A stretch of 64,000 bases of DNA, taken from contig JANLSJ010000026.1 of assembly GCA_031362355.1 (NCBI GenBank), forward strand, positions 7,240 to 71,239. The letters are read 5' to 3'. The position numbers and the translations under genes were made by a program. How positions within the stretch are numbered: the stretch's first letter is position 1; every line of letters starts with the position of its first letter. This DNA comes from Sphingomonas sp. GTDB taxonomy: Bacteria; Pseudomonadota; Alphaproteobacteria; Sphingomonadales; Sphingomonadaceae. Shown here piece by piece: positions 22,301 through 32,572 of the stretch. The notes beneath the pieces were generated by a model. That model worked only from the letters and a program-made list of their open reading frames with translations, searched no databases and was not told the origin of the DNA.

Positions 22301-22777
22301 ATGGGCGTCCATGATTACACGGTCAAGAAGGCCGATGGCACTGAAATGAAATTAAGCGGGATCGAAGGGCCGATCCTCATCGTCAATGTCGCATCAAAAT
22401 GCGGATTTACCCCGCAATATGAGGGGCTTGAGAAGCTCCACCGGACCTACAAGGATCGCGGGCTGACCGTGCTTGGTTTCCCATGCAACCAGTTCGGCGC
22501 GCAGGAACCGGGTGATGCGGCGGAAATCGCGAGTTTTTGCTCGCTGACCTATGATGTTAGCTTTCCGGTGCTGGCAAAGGTCGAGGTCAACGGCGACGGC
22601 ACGGACCCGCTGTATAAATATCTCAAAAAAGCGAAGCCTGGCCTGATGGGATCGCAGGGAATCAAATGGAATTTCACGAAGTTCCTCGTCGACAAAGAAG
22701 GCAATGCAGTGGCGCGCTATGCGCCGACCGACAAGCCCGAAAGTCTAGTACCGGCGATCGAGAAACTGCTCGGGTGA
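22301..22777 (+). CDS. Glutathione peroxidase (Cys type)
   Basis: NVASKCG, GFPCNQFG.QEP, WNFTKFL. Confidence 0.95.
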   Translation: MGVHDYTVKKADGTEMKLSGIEGPILIVNVASKCGFTPQYEGLEKLHRTYKDRGLTVLGFPCNQFGAQEPGDAAEIASFCSLTYDVSFPVLAKVEVNGDGTDPLYKYLKKAKPGLMGSQGIKWNFTKFLVDKEGNAVARYAPTDKPESLVPAIEKLLG

Positions 22778-22824
22778 CTGTTACGAATCGTTGAACCCCG
22801 GGATGGAAACGTCCACGGTTAGCT

Positions 22825-25800
22825 ATGTCTCACGCGCTCTTCGCTCCGCTTCGCATCTTCTCCGCCTACACGATGCTCGAAGGAGCAATTGACCCCAAGG
22901 ATATCGCCATGCGCGCGCGCGAAATGGGGTTTCCGGCAGCGGCGATTTGTGACCGTAACGGCATGTATGGCGTCATGCCATTCTCCGACGCGTGCGTGAA
23001 ATATGGCGTGCAGCCCATCATCGGCACGTTTCTGTGCGTTGCGCGGCCCGATGTCCCGCAGGGTGCCCCGGCGGCTTATGACTGGCTCGCGCTTTATGCG
23101 CAGGACGCGGTCGGTTATGATAATTTGTGCCGATTAGTGTCGGCGGCGCATCTTGATCGGCCACTTGAAGAGCAGGCGCATGTTTCATTTGAGACGTTGG
23201 CGACGCGCACCGATGGTCTCATTGCGCTGACCGCGGGATCGGAAGGGGCACTCGCCAAGCTGTTTGCCGAGGGGCAGCACCAGGCAGCAACCGATTATGC
23301 CGACCGGTTGCGGGCGATGTTTCCGAACCGGTTGTACGTCGAGATTGCGCGACGGCTTGATGCGGTCGAGGGAAAAGCCGAGCCGCACTTGATTGCGCTG
23401 GCCGATGGCTATGATTTGCCGCTGGTGGCGACCAACCCGACTTGTTTTGCACAGGAAGATTTTCACGCCGCGCATGACGTGATGCTTTGCATTGCGGCGT
23501 CGGCCTATGTCGACAGCGATGACCGCGTCAAGTCGTCACCCGATGCGTGGATGAAACCGTCGCATGAAATGAAGCGGCTATTTGACGATCTGCCCGAGGC
23601 GCTGGAAAATACCTTGGTGTTGGCGCAGCGTTGTGCCTTTGCAGCGCCTGCACGCGATCCGATATTGCCGAGCCTTGCCGGGGATACGGTTGCCGAAGCC
23701 GAGCAATTGCGGGTCGATGCGCGGGCAGGGCTTGAGGCGCGGCTCGAGAAAATTACGGGGGCGGATGGCGAGGCTTATCGCGAACGATTGGAATTCGAGC
23801 TTGATGTTATCATCGGCATGGGATTTCCGGGCTATTTTCTGATTGTTGCCGATTTTATCAAATGGGCGAAGACGAACGACATTCCGGTCGGGCCGGGGCG
23901 TGGATCGGGCGCAGGATCGGTCGTGGCTTGGGCGCTGACCATTACCGATCTGGACCCGCTTAAATTGGGGTTGCTGTTCGAGCGTTTTTTGAATCCGTCG
24001 CGCGTGTCGATGCCCGACTTCGACATCGATTTCTGCGAAACTCGCCGCGAGGAAGTAATCCGATACGTTCAGGGCAAATATGGTCGCGATCATGTGGCGC
24101 AGATCATCACGTTTGGGCGGCTAAAATCGCGGGCAGTGCTCAAGGATACGGGGCGCGTCCTCCAGATGAGTTACGGGCAGGTGGACCGGCTGGCAAAGCT
24201 GGTGCCAAACCATCCGACCGATCCGTGGGATTTGAAGCGTGCGCTGAACGGTGTTTCGGAGCTAGCACAGGCTTATAAAAGCGAGGCGGATGTGCGACGG
24301 CTATTCGACCTCGCAATGAAGCTGGAAGGGTTGCCGAGGCACAGCTCGACACATGCTGCCGGAGTTGTCATCGGCGACCGGCCACTCGACCGGCTGGTGC
24401 CGCTGTATCGCGATCCGCGGTCGGACATGCCGGTGACGCAATTCGACATGAAATACGCCGAAGCGGCGGGACTCGTGAAGTTCGATTTTCTCGGTCTGAA
24501 GACATTGTCGGTTTTGCAGCGCGCACTCAACCTGATTGAGGCTCGCGAGGGGCACCGGCCCGATCTCGACAATCTCGGGTGGGATGACGAAGCGGTATAT
24601 GCACTGCTGCAAAAAGGCGACACGGTGGGCGTGTTCCAGCTTGAATCCGAAGGGATGCGGCGGACGCTGGCAGCGGTACGACCGACCGGGTTCGGCGATA
24701 TTATTGCGCTCGTCTCGCTGTATCGACCGGGACCAATGGACAATATTCCGATGTTCGGTGACCGCAAGAACGGGCGTGCGAAGGTCGAATATCCGCATCC
24801 GATGCTTGAGGGGATACTGTTCGAAACCTACGGGATTTTCGTCTATCAGGAACAGGTGATGCAGGCCGCGCAGATATTGGCGGGGTTCTCGCTGGGCGAC
24901 GCTGACTTGTTGCGACGGGCTATGGGCAAGAAGATCAAGGCCGAGATGGACGCGCAGCGGGCTGGCTTTGTGGCCGGATGCGCGGCGAACGACATTGAGC
25001 CTCGCCGCGCCAATGAGCTGTTCGACCTGATCGACAAGTTTGCAGGCTATGGTTTCAACAAAAGCCATGCGGCGGCTTATGCTTTGCTGGCCTATCAGAC
25101 GGCATGGCTGAAGACGCATTACCGCGAGGATTTTTTCGCGGCATCGATGGCGTTCGATTTGTCCAATACCGACAAGTTGGCGATTTATGCCGATGACATG
25201 CGACGCCTGAAAGTCCGCGCGTTGCCGCCGTGTATCAATGTAAGCGATGCCGATTTTACTGTCGTCGAGGATGATGAGGGGCTGGCAGTGCGCTATGCGC
25301 TGGGGGCACTTAAGAATGTTGGCGAGGGGGCGATGGCGCAGCTTTGCGCGGATCGTGCTGAGCATGGACTATTCCAAAGCATTGACGATCTCGCGGCGCG
25401 GATCAGCCCGAAGCTGATCAACCGGCGGCAGCTCGAAAGTCTGGCGGGTGGTGGTGCGTTTGATGCCCTGTCAAGGAACAGAGCGGGTGTGTTTGCAGTC
25501 GCCGAAACAATCCTGGCGGTGGCCAGCTCGGCGGAGAACAGCCGCGTCAGTGGGCAGGGCGGATTGTTTGGCGAAGGTACGGCCGCGGTGGCGACGGTGC
25601 AAATCCCCACGAGTGCGGTGTGGACGCTGAGCGAACGCATGAATGCCGAGAAGGAAGCGTTTGGCTTTTACTTTTCGGCGCATCCGGTGGATCGTTATGC
25701 GCATGTTGCGGCGGCGCACGGTGCACGCAATTTTTCGGTAATCTGCAATCAGCCCGCGCCGATTGACGGATCGCGGACGACGGCAGTGATGGCGGCGCTG

Positions 25801-26301
25801 GTTGAGAGCGTGCGCTGGCGGACATCTGCGAAGGGCAATCGTTATTTGATGGCGACGATGTCCGACCCGAGCGGCGCGTTCGAGGTAACGTGCTTTGACG
25901 AAGGCGCGCAGAAGGACATCGAAGACGCGGCGCGCTTTGGTGGCTGTGCACTCTTAAACGTGGAACTTGACCGGCGACCGGGCGAAGAGACGCCGCGCGT
26001 CACAATCCGGCGATTGCAGCCGCTGGAATCGCTGGCGGGCAACGCGCGGTTGAAAGCGGAGATTGTTGTGAATGATCCACTCGCGCTGGCACGCTTGGCC
26101 GATGCGCTGTCGGGCGCGCGGGGCGGGCGGAGCGACATCATTGTTCGTGCAATGATCGGCGGTAGACGCGAAGCAACGGTTTTGCTCGGGCGCGATTTCC
26201 TCATCGATGGCGAACTTGCCGATGCAATCGGCGAGATTGCGGGCGTCGTCAGCGTGTCGCTGACCAACGCCGAACCGCCACGACTTGCGCTGGTGTCCTG
26301 A
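22825..26301 (+). CDS. dnaE: DNA polymerase III alpha subunit
   Basis: PHP domain, GPGRGSGAGS, SMPDFDIDF, KFDFLGL, YGFNKSH. Confidence 0.98.
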   Translation: MSHALFAPLRIFSAYTMLEGAIDPKDIAMRAREMGFPAAAICDRNGMYGVMPFSDACVKYGVQPIIGTFLCVARPDVPQGAPAAYDWLALYAQDAVGYDNLCRLVSAAHLDRPLEEQAHVSFETLATRTDGLIALTAGSEGALAKLFAEGQHQAATDYADRLRAMFPNRLYVEIARRLDAVEGKAEPHLIALADGYDLPLVATNPTCFAQEDFHAAHDVMLCIAASAYVDSDDRVKSSPDAWMKPSHEMKRLFDDLPEALENTLVLAQRCAFAAPARDPILPSLAGDTVAEAEQLRVDARAGLEARLEKITGADGEAYRERLEFELDVIIGMGFPGYFLIVADFIKWAKTNDIPVGPGRGSGAGSVVAWALTITDLDPLKLGLLFERFLNPSRVSMPDFDIDFCETRREEVIRYVQGKYGRDHVAQIITFGRLKSRAVLKDTGRVLQMSYGQVDRLAKLVPNHPTDPWDLKRALNGVSELAQAYKSEADVRRLFDLAMKLEGLPRHSSTHAAGVVIGDRPLDRLVPLYRDPRSDMPVTQFDMKYAEAAGLVKFDFLGLKTLSVLQRALNLIEAREGHRPDLDNLGWDDEAVYALLQKGDTVGVFQLESEGMRRTLAAVRPTGFGDIIALVSLYRPGPMDNIPMFGDRKNGRAKVEYPHPMLEGILFETYGIFVYQEQVMQAAQILAGFSLGDADLLRRAMGKKIKAEMDAQRAGFVAGCAANDIEPRRANELFDLIDKFAGYGFNKSHAAAYALLAYQTAWLKTHYREDFFAASMAFDLSNTDKLAIYADDMRRLKVRALPPCINVSDADFTVVEDDEGLAVRYALGALKNVGEGAMAQLCADRAEHGLFQSIDDLAARISPKLINRRQLESLAGGGAFDALSRNRAGVFAVAETILAVASSAENSRVSGQGGLFGEGTAAVATVQIPTSAVWTLSERMNAEKEAFGFYFSAHPVDRYAHVAAAHGARNFSVICNQPAPIDGSRTTAVMAALVESVRWRTSAKGNRYLMATMSDPSGAFEVTCFDEGAQKDIEDAARFGGCALLNVELDRRPGEETPRVTIRRLQPLESLAGNARLKAEIVVNDPLALARLADALSGARGGRSDIIVRAMIGGRREATVLLGRDFLIDGELADAIGEIAGVVSVSLTNAEPPRLALVS

Positions 26302-26331
26302 CTGCGTAAATTGCGGCTCAAGGAGAACAAG

Positions 26332-27933
26332 ATGCTTGGCGCTATGCAGGACTGGTCACTGCGCGTGACCCATTTGATCGATCATGCCGCACGCGAGAAC
26401 GGCACGCGCGAAATCGTGACACGGTGGGGCGATGGCAGCATCGAGAGGACGAATTGGGCAGGCGTCGCAATGGAAGCGCGCAAATTCGCGCAGGCGCTGG
26501 TCACATTGGGGATGATGCCGGGCGACCGGATCGCGACATTTGCCATGAACCATCACCGCCATTTGACGGCATGGTACGGTGCGATTGGCATGGGCGGCGT
26601 GATCCACACCCTGAACATCCGCCTGTTCGACGAGCAGCTGATCTATATCATCAACCACGCCGAGGACCGTGTCCTGATGTATGACGCGGTCTTTGCGCCG
26701 GTGATCGAACGGTTGAAACCGCATCTGAGTACGGTCGAGCATTTTGTATGTTTTGACGACGATTATGCTCCGCTGCTTGCTGAGCAGGATGGTGCTTACG
26801 TCTGGCATGTCGGCGACGAGCGCGAACCGTGCATGTTGTGTTACACCAGCGGGACGACAGGTAATCCGAAAGGCGTGCTGTATGAGCATCGCTCGACAAT
26901 GTTGCACGCGATGGCCGAGATTGCGCCGAGCACTTTCGATCTGTCGCCGCAGGCTGCGTTATTGCCGATTGTCCCGATGTTCCATGCAGCAAGCTGGGGG
27001 TTGCCGTTCGCAGGGGCAGCGGCGGGCGTGAAGTTTGTGTTCAGCGTGACCAACGAAGCGCCGGTTCTGCACAAGTTGTTTATCGACGAGGGCATCACCC
27101 ATTCGGCGGGCGTGCCGACTGTCTGGCTGGCCATGTTCCAGCATTTGGATGCCTTGGCCGACAGTGACCGCGCGGCGGACCTTGGCAAGATGCGCGTTGT
27201 AACCATCGGCGGTTCGGCATGTCCGCGCTTCATGGTCGAGCGGTTGATGCGGATGGGCATTCGCCTGAACCATGCGTGGGGGATGACCGAGACGTCACCG
27301 ATTGGGACGATGGGATCGCCCGGCGAAAATTGGGACGATCTGACGTTCGACCAGCAAGTCGATGTGACCTGTAAACAGGGGCGGGTGCCGTTCGGGGTGG
27401 AACTGCGTGTAATCGACAAGGATGGCAATGTGGCACCGCGTGACGGCACCACATCGGGGCGGCTCGAGATACGCGGACCTTGGGTCGTGAAACGCTATTT
27501 CAAAATGGACGAGGATGCGACGACCGAGGGGCAATGGTTCGACACCGGCGACGTAGCGGTGATGCACCCCGACGGGACGATGCAGATCACCGACCGGTCA
27601 AAGGATGTGATCAAATCGGGCGGCGAATGGATTTCGTCGGTCGAACTGGAAAATGCCGCCTGTGGCTGCCCGGGCGTGGCGGAGGCGGCAGCAATCGGTG
27701 TTTATCATCCGAAATGGGACGAGCGGCCAATCCTGTTGGTGGTGCGCAAGCCGGATAGTGAGGTGAACGTCGAGACTGTTGCAGCATATCTGGCCGGTCA
27801 CGTCGCGAAATGGTGGTTGCCCGACGAGATTTTGTTCGTCGACAGCTTGCCGCATACCGGGACGGGCAAGATATTGAAGGCGGAACTGCGCGAGCAATAT
27901 CGTGATCATAAGTTGTCTTCGCTCGCGGCCTAA
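26332..27933 (+). CDS. Long-chain fatty-acid--CoA ligase (DmdB/AlkK-like)
   Basis: [32 protein letters not shown]; AGGAG SD. Confidence 0.92.
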   Translation: MLGAMQDWSLRVTHLIDHAARENGTREIVTRWGDGSIERTNWAGVAMEARKFAQALVTLGMMPGDRIATFAMNHHRHLTAWYGAIGMGGVIHTLNIRLFDEQLIYIINHAEDRVLMYDAVFAPVIERLKPHLSTVEHFVCFDDDYAPLLAEQDGAYVWHVGDEREPCMLCYTSGTTGNPKGVLYEHRSTMLHAMAEIAPSTFDLSPQAALLPIVPMFHAASWGLPFAGAAAGVKFVFSVTNEAPVLHKLFIDEGITHSAGVPTVWLAMFQHLDALADSDRAADLGKMRVVTIGGSACPRFMVERLMRMGIRLNHAWGMTETSPIGTMGSPGENWDDLTFDQQVDVTCKQGRVPFGVELRVIDKDGNVAPRDGTTSGRLEIRGPWVVKRYFKMDEDATTEGQWFDTGDVAVMHPDGTMQITDRSKDVIKSGGEWISSVELENAACGCPGVAEAAAIGVYHPKWDERPILLVVRKPDSEVNVETVAAYLAGHVAKWWLPDEILFVDSLPHTGTGKILKAELREQYRDHKLSSLAA

Positions 27934-28604
27934 CGCTGGTTGCGTGTCATCGCTGCAATTGAGGGGGGCGCGATAATGACGCGTGAGTTCAATTGTTTGC
28001 TCGCCCGTGCGGCCTTGGTGAAATCACCACTTGCGATGGCGCTGCGTACCTCGGTTTGAAGCGCAGCCGAGGCGTTTGATGCTTCGGCAACACCGGCAGC
28101 AGGCGCGCTCGGCCGCTCGGCTTCAAGTGTTTTGGCAAGGGCATCACGTTGCCCCCGCACTTCGGCGAGCGCTTTGCCATATTCGCCGACTGTTTCCTTC
28201 AAGGCGCGCACTTCGTTGAGCGCATCACCGACGCTGATGTTTATCATGCCGCCGGGCGAGACAAATTCCTGATCGGGACCGACGGTGCGGCCGTCGGCAA
28301 GTTTGATGCGCGGGCTGGGCAGCTTTTCGGTGTCGAAGTCAGGCGCGAAGGTCATGAGCAGTTTCTGCGGCCCGGCGACGACAGGCTTTGGCGTCATGAA
28401 TTGCGTCAAGATGGACAACAATCCGCTGAACACCGCAAACGATACGCCCCATGTCAGGAAGCGGTTATGGAGTTTGGCCGATGCGGTATCGGCGGGTTTT
28501 CCGCGCAGGAGCAGAATAAACAGCAGCAGAAAAACAATGATGCCGACGCCAGCATACCCGCCTTTTGCGAGGTCCGTGACTGTCTTCAGAAGCCCGTCTG
28601 GCAT
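27930..28604 (-). CDS. Hypothetical protein with two TM helices and a predicted coiled coil
   Basis: GGAGG SD before ATG 28604; two hydrophobic segments then helical Ala/Glu/Lys-rich tail. Confidence 0.7.
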   Translation of the reverse strand: MPDGLLKTVTDLAKGGYAGVGIIVFLLLFILLLRGKPADTASAKLHNRFLTWGVSFAVFSGLLSILTQFMTPKPVVAGPQKLLMTFAPDFDTEKLPSPRIKLADGRTVGPDQEFVSPGGMINISVGDALNEVRALKETVGEYGKALAEVRGQRDALAKTLEAERPSAPAAGVAEASNASAALQTEVRSAIASGDFTKAARASKQLNSRVIIAPPSIAAMTRNQR

Positions 28605-28668
28605 TGTCGCCTCCCTGCTTTCGATGACATGTTCATACCATGTTTTTGCCAAGCCGCGAAACGCGTTC

Positions 28669-29742
28669 TCAGAGCAAGCGTCGCTGCGCACCTTCGAGTG
28701 GTTCGAACAAGTCCGAGCGCAGCACGACCCGCGCCTTGTTGAGACCGTGCTTGCGACAGGCGATGATAAAGCGGGTGCGCATGAGGTCATACCACGGGCC
28801 GGAACCGCGCATCCGCGACCCGAAGCGCGGGTCGTTGTCTCGGTCACCACCACGGATAGACTGGATCATTGCCATGACTTTAGCCGCACGGTCGGGGTAA
28901 TGCGCGTCGAGCCATGCGCGGAAGAGCAGGGCGACTTCGTGGGGCAACCGAACGGGGATGAATGAGGCCGAACGCGCGCCTGCTTCGGCGGCGGTTTCGA
29001 GAATAACTTCGGTTTCGTGATCGGTGATGGCGGGGATGAGCGGCGAGATCGAGACCTGTACAGGAATGCCCGCCTCAGACAGCGCCTTGATCGCGGCAAT
29101 GCGTCGATGCGGTGTCGGGGCACGGGGTTCGAGCGTCATTGCGATTTTCGGATCAAGCGAGGTGACCGAGATCATCACGCTAACCAACCCCTTTGCGGCC
29201 ATTGGAGCAAGCAAGTCGATGTCGCGCATAACGCGGTCGGACTTGGTTGTGATCATAAGTGGATGGTTGGTCTCGGCCAGTACTTCGATGCATGCGCGGG
29301 TGATGCGCCAATCGCGCTCGATGGGTTGATAGGGGTCGGTGTTGGTGCCCATCGCCAACGGTGCGGCGCGGTAGGATGGCTTCATGAGTTCGGTGCGAAG
29401 GAGTGCAGCGGCATCAGGCTTGGCGAACAATTTAGTTTCGAAATCGATACCCGGCGAGAGATCGTGGAACGCATGCGAGGGTCGTGCAAAGCAATAGATG
29501 CAGCCATGTTCACAGCCCCTGTATGCATTGATCGACCGATCAAAGGGAATGTCAGGCGATTTGTTGCGCGTGATGATAGTTTTGGGGTGTTCAATGGTTA
29601 CGGTGGTGCGCACGGGCGTCGGGGCTTCATCGACCAACAGGCGGTCATCGAGCCAGTCGCCATCGTCGATACGTTCGGGCACATTGAAGCGTGTGCTGAT
29701 CTGGTTATGCGTTGCGCCGCGATGGGGACGGGGGTCAGTCAC
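28669..29742 (-). CDS. PA0069/SplB-like radical SAM protein
   Basis: SINAYRGCEHGCIYCFARP (CxxxCxxC), GTNTDPYQP; probable GTG start. Confidence 0.9.
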   Translation of the reverse strand: MTDPRPHRGATHNQISTRFNVPERIDDGDWLDDRLLVDEAPTPVRTTVTIEHPKTIITRNKSPDIPFDRSINAYRGCEHGCIYCFARPSHAFHDLSPGIDFETKLFAKPDAAALLRTELMKPSYRAAPLAMGTNTDPYQPIERDWRITRACIEVLAETNHPLMITTKSDRVMRDIDLLAPMAAKGLVSVMISVTSLDPKIAMTLEPRAPTPHRRIAAIKALSEAGIPVQVSISPLIPAITDHETEVILETAAEAGARSASFIPVRLPHEVALLFRAWLDAHYPDRAAKVMAMIQSIRGGDRDNDPRFGSRMRGSGPWYDLMRTRFIIACRKHGLNKARVVLRSDLFEPLEGAQRRLL

Positions 29743-29764
29743 ATAACATCGTAACGCAGATTCA

Positions 29765-29779
29765 GAACATTGCAAGAAC
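29765..29779. promoter_or_regulatory. Alphaproteobacterial LexA (SOS) box
   Basis: GAAC-ATTGCAA-GAAC, exact GAAC-N7-GAAC match, about 23 nt upstream of the radical SAM start. Confidence 0.75.
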
Positions 29780-29841
29780 GATACTTGCTAAACCCCTGAT
29801 GGTGATGCAGCATCACCAATGACACAAATTGGGGGAATGAC

Positions 29842-30339
29842 GTGCTCCGAAATGCCTTAATCCTATCTCTTCTCGCGGCAACGCCTGCGCTAGCGGCAGA
29901 TACCGAACCTTGTGCTAAAGGACTGATTTGCGCGAGCAATCCCGCAACCGTCGTCGCGGCACTTCAAGAAGCCGGCTACAAGGCTCAACTCGGCAAGGAC
30001 AACGAAGGCGACCCGAAAGTCTCAAGCAGCGCCGCCGGCTATGACTTCGATATTTATTTCTATGGCTGCAAAGCCAACAAGCAATGCGACTCGCTGCAAT
30101 TCCGGATTTCGTTCGAGAAAGATGGCGCGAACACGTTCGAGCTCGCCAATACGTGGAACGGCAACAAGCGCTTCAGCCAAGCCTACATCAGCGACAAGGG
30201 TTCATTTGTCGCAGACTATGATGTGACGACGGCGGGTGGACTGACCAAGGCGAACTTTGCCGATGTGGTCGATTGGTGGTCAGTGACGCTGGGGAACCTG
30301 AAAACATTCTTTAAGGAAAATCCGCCGCCGAAAACCTAG
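29842..30339 (+). CDS. YbjN-domain exported protein
   Basis: Signal peptide, GYKAQLGKD..GDPKV, FYGC..C.SLQF, NTWN..KRF. Confidence 0.75.
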   Translation: MLRNALILSLLAATPALAADTEPCAKGLICASNPATVVAALQEAGYKAQLGKDNEGDPKVSSSAAGYDFDIYFYGCKANKQCDSLQFRISFEKDGANTFELANTWNGNKRFSQAYISDKGSFVADYDVTTAGGLTKANFADVVDWWSVTLGNLKTFFKENPPPKT

Positions 30340-30860
30340 CGCTCCATCAGTCGCGGCATCAGTTCGACGAAATTACAGGGGCGGTGGCGGCTGTCGAGCT
30401 GGCTTGCGAGGATGCCATTCCAGCCATCAGCCACAGCACTGGTCGAGCCGGGTAGTGCGAAAATATAAGTGCCGCGCGTGACGATGGCGCAGGCGCGTGA
30501 CTGTACGGTCGAGGTGCCAATCTTTTGGTAAGACAGCCAGCGGAAAAGCTCACCGAAGCCAGGGATGTCCTTGCCGCCCATGCGGGTGAGTGCTTCGGGA
30601 GTCACGTCGCGTCCGGTGACGCCAGTGCCGCCGGTGGTTATGATGCAATCAATGCTGCGATCATCGACCCAGCGGTGAAGGCAGGCAATCAATGAGTCGG
30701 TGTCATCGTGAACGATACCGCGATCGGCGAGGACGTGGCCGGCGCTCTCCAGCAATTCAACGAGCTTGTCGCCCGAGCGGTCATCGGCGGCCGTGCGGGT
30801 GTCCGACACGGTTAGGACGGCAATCCTGACCGGTTGAAATTCGGCGGCTTCGTCGATCAA
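30336..30860 (-). CDS. moaB: Molybdenum cofactor biosynthesis protein B
   Basis: [32 protein letters not shown]; probable TTG start overlapping upstream stop. Confidence 0.92.
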   Translation of the reverse strand: MIDEAAEFQPVRIAVLTVSDTRTAADDRSGDKLVELLESAGHVLADRGIVHDDTDSLIACLHRWVDDRSIDCIITTGGTGVTGRDVTPEALTRMGGKDIPGFGELFRWLSYQKIGTSTVQSRACAIVTRGTYIFALPGSTSAVADGWNGILASQLDSRHRPCNFVELMPRLMER

Positions 30861-32572
30861 CGCGATGCCTGCACAGCGTTCGCACCCGAAAGGCCGGGGA
30901 AGCGCGGCCAAAGGCCCTGAACCAGTGCAAAGCGGCTGTCGGTGCGCTGGCCCGCCTGCTGCTGATACATCCAGTAGTTGCGCAGGACGATAGTGACGTA
31001 TCCGCGCGTCTCCCAATAGGGCACGCTTTCAATATACATCAGCGGATCGCGATTGGTATCGTCACCGCGCGCATTCCAGCGGTCCAGCGGAGCAGGGCCG
31101 GCGTTATAGGCCATGATGACTTTGGGCAGGAGACCGCCAGTCGAGGTCATGTCCCGCAAATATTCGATGTAGCTTTGGCCATATTCCATGTTGGTCGATG
31201 GATTGGCGAGCGATCCCATAACCACGCCTTTGCGACGTGCGATGTCGCTCGCGGTACCTGGGCGCACTTGCATGAGGCCGCGTGCGCCTGCCGAGCTTGT
31301 GACATTCACACGGAAATTCGATTCCTGAAGCGTGTGCGCAAAGACAAGTGCCCGATCAACGCGCCAGCCACCATCGGGTGACCAGTTGGCGGGGGCGGGA
31401 TAGCGGCCCTCAATCGTGGTGCGCGCGCCGCGCGGGCCGTTGTGCGCAAGGTAAAGCTGTGTCGAGGGCAGATTAAGCTTGCCTGCGATCAGCGTGAGCG
31501 TGGCATGTTCGGAGGGAATGCCGATGCGCGCCTGCCAGCGGATGAGCTCGTCGGCACGCTGCGTCTGGCCGATTTCGGCGAGCGCGAGCGCCGCGCGGAC
31601 ATTGGGGCGCTCGGCGACTTTGCGGACGGCGCCGATGCCATCGGGGTCGCGCGCAGGGGCGAGACCCATCGCCGCCTGAGCAAGCATACCGTAAAAAGTT
31701 TCTTCGAGCCGCGCCGCGTTGCGCAGATGTGGCTGCACACGCTCGGGTTGTTTGGCGACCATGTCGGCGCGCGCGGCCCAATAATGCCCGGCAGCGACCA
31801 TTTCGGCATCCGAATGGCGACGCGCAACCGAGGCAAATGCGCTGGAAGCGGTTTTATAATCCTTTTGGCGCCATGCCGACAAGCCGACGACCCAATCGGC
31901 CATCACAGCCCAATCGCCGGTTCCGGCTTGTGCGGTGGTGGCGAGTTTACGGGCAGCATTGTCGTCACCGGTCAGGAAATAGGACCAGGCAACGCGCTGT
32001 TGCCATTCGGTGCGCGCCTCGGCTGTCAGACGATCTTCGTTCAAGACCAGCAGCGCTTCGGCATCCATCGGGCTGTCATTTTTGATCAGCGGCAGGATTT
32101 GCGCGGCGAGACCACCGGCAGCGGGATCGCCTTCGGTTGTCGGCGTGCGGCCGCGGCGCGGCGAGGTGCCTAGCCATGTGAGGTCGCGAACTTCGGGAAG
32201 GAGGGGGACGGTGGTTGCGCCGCGTGCGCCAGCCAAGCGGACAAGCGATTGGGAATAAGGCAAATCGGGAGCGATTGTTGCAAGAGTGACGAGATCGTGG
32301 GGTTCAACTTTTGGCGAACCCTTTGCCGTGAAGATGACGGCGCGTGCTGTCGGATGCAGCGGGCCTTCATCCATCGCTGCCAGCTTTGCAGACGCATCGG
32401 CCCATTTGGCGGCATCAATGCTGGCAAAGATATCGCGATACCGCTCGCGTGCGTTCGGACCCAATTGCGCCGGCAGCGTAACCACCGCATTGGTCGGCGT
32501 GTCGGCCAGTGCAATCGACGGCAGCGCTGCCGAAGACAGCATCAGAATGGCGATAGCGGCTTTGATTTTCAC
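30857..32572 (-). CDS. Soluble lytic transglycosylase (SLT domain)
   Basis: Signal peptide; QESNF, GARGLMQV, AYNAG, ETRGYV. Confidence 0.92.
   Translation of the reverse strand: MKIKAAIAILMLSSAALPSIALADTPTNAVVTLPAQLGPNARERYRDIFASIDAAKWADASAKLAAMDEGPLHPTARAVIFTAKGSPKVEPHDLVTLATIAPDLPYSQSLVRLAGARGATTVPLLPEVRDLTWLGTSPRRGRTPTTEGDPAAGGLAAQILPLIKNDSPMDAEALLVLNEDRLTAEARTEWQQRVAWSYFLTGDDNAARKLATTAQAGTGDWAVMADWVVGLSAWRQKDYKTASSAFASVARRHSDAEMVAAGHYWAARADMVAKQPERVQPHLRNAARLEETFYGMLAQAAMGLAPARDPDGIGAVRKVAERPNVRAALALAEIGQTQRADELIRWQARIGIPSEHATLTLIAGKLNLPSTQLYLAHNGPRGARTTIEGRYPAPANWSPDGGWRVDRALVFAHTLQESNFRVNVTSSAGARGLMQVRPGTASDIARRKGVVMGSLANPSTNMEYGQSYIEYLRDMTSTGGLLPKVIMAYNAGPAPLDRWNARGDDTNRDPLMYIESVPYWETRGYVTIVLRNYWMYQQQAGQRTDSRFALVQGLWPRFPGLSGANAVQASR

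Noticed and set aside
22825-26301. Intein, split gene or DnaE2 in dnaE; 354-aa antisense ORF
   Set aside because: Normal length, contiguous motifs, no imuAB; the antisense ORF is a shadow
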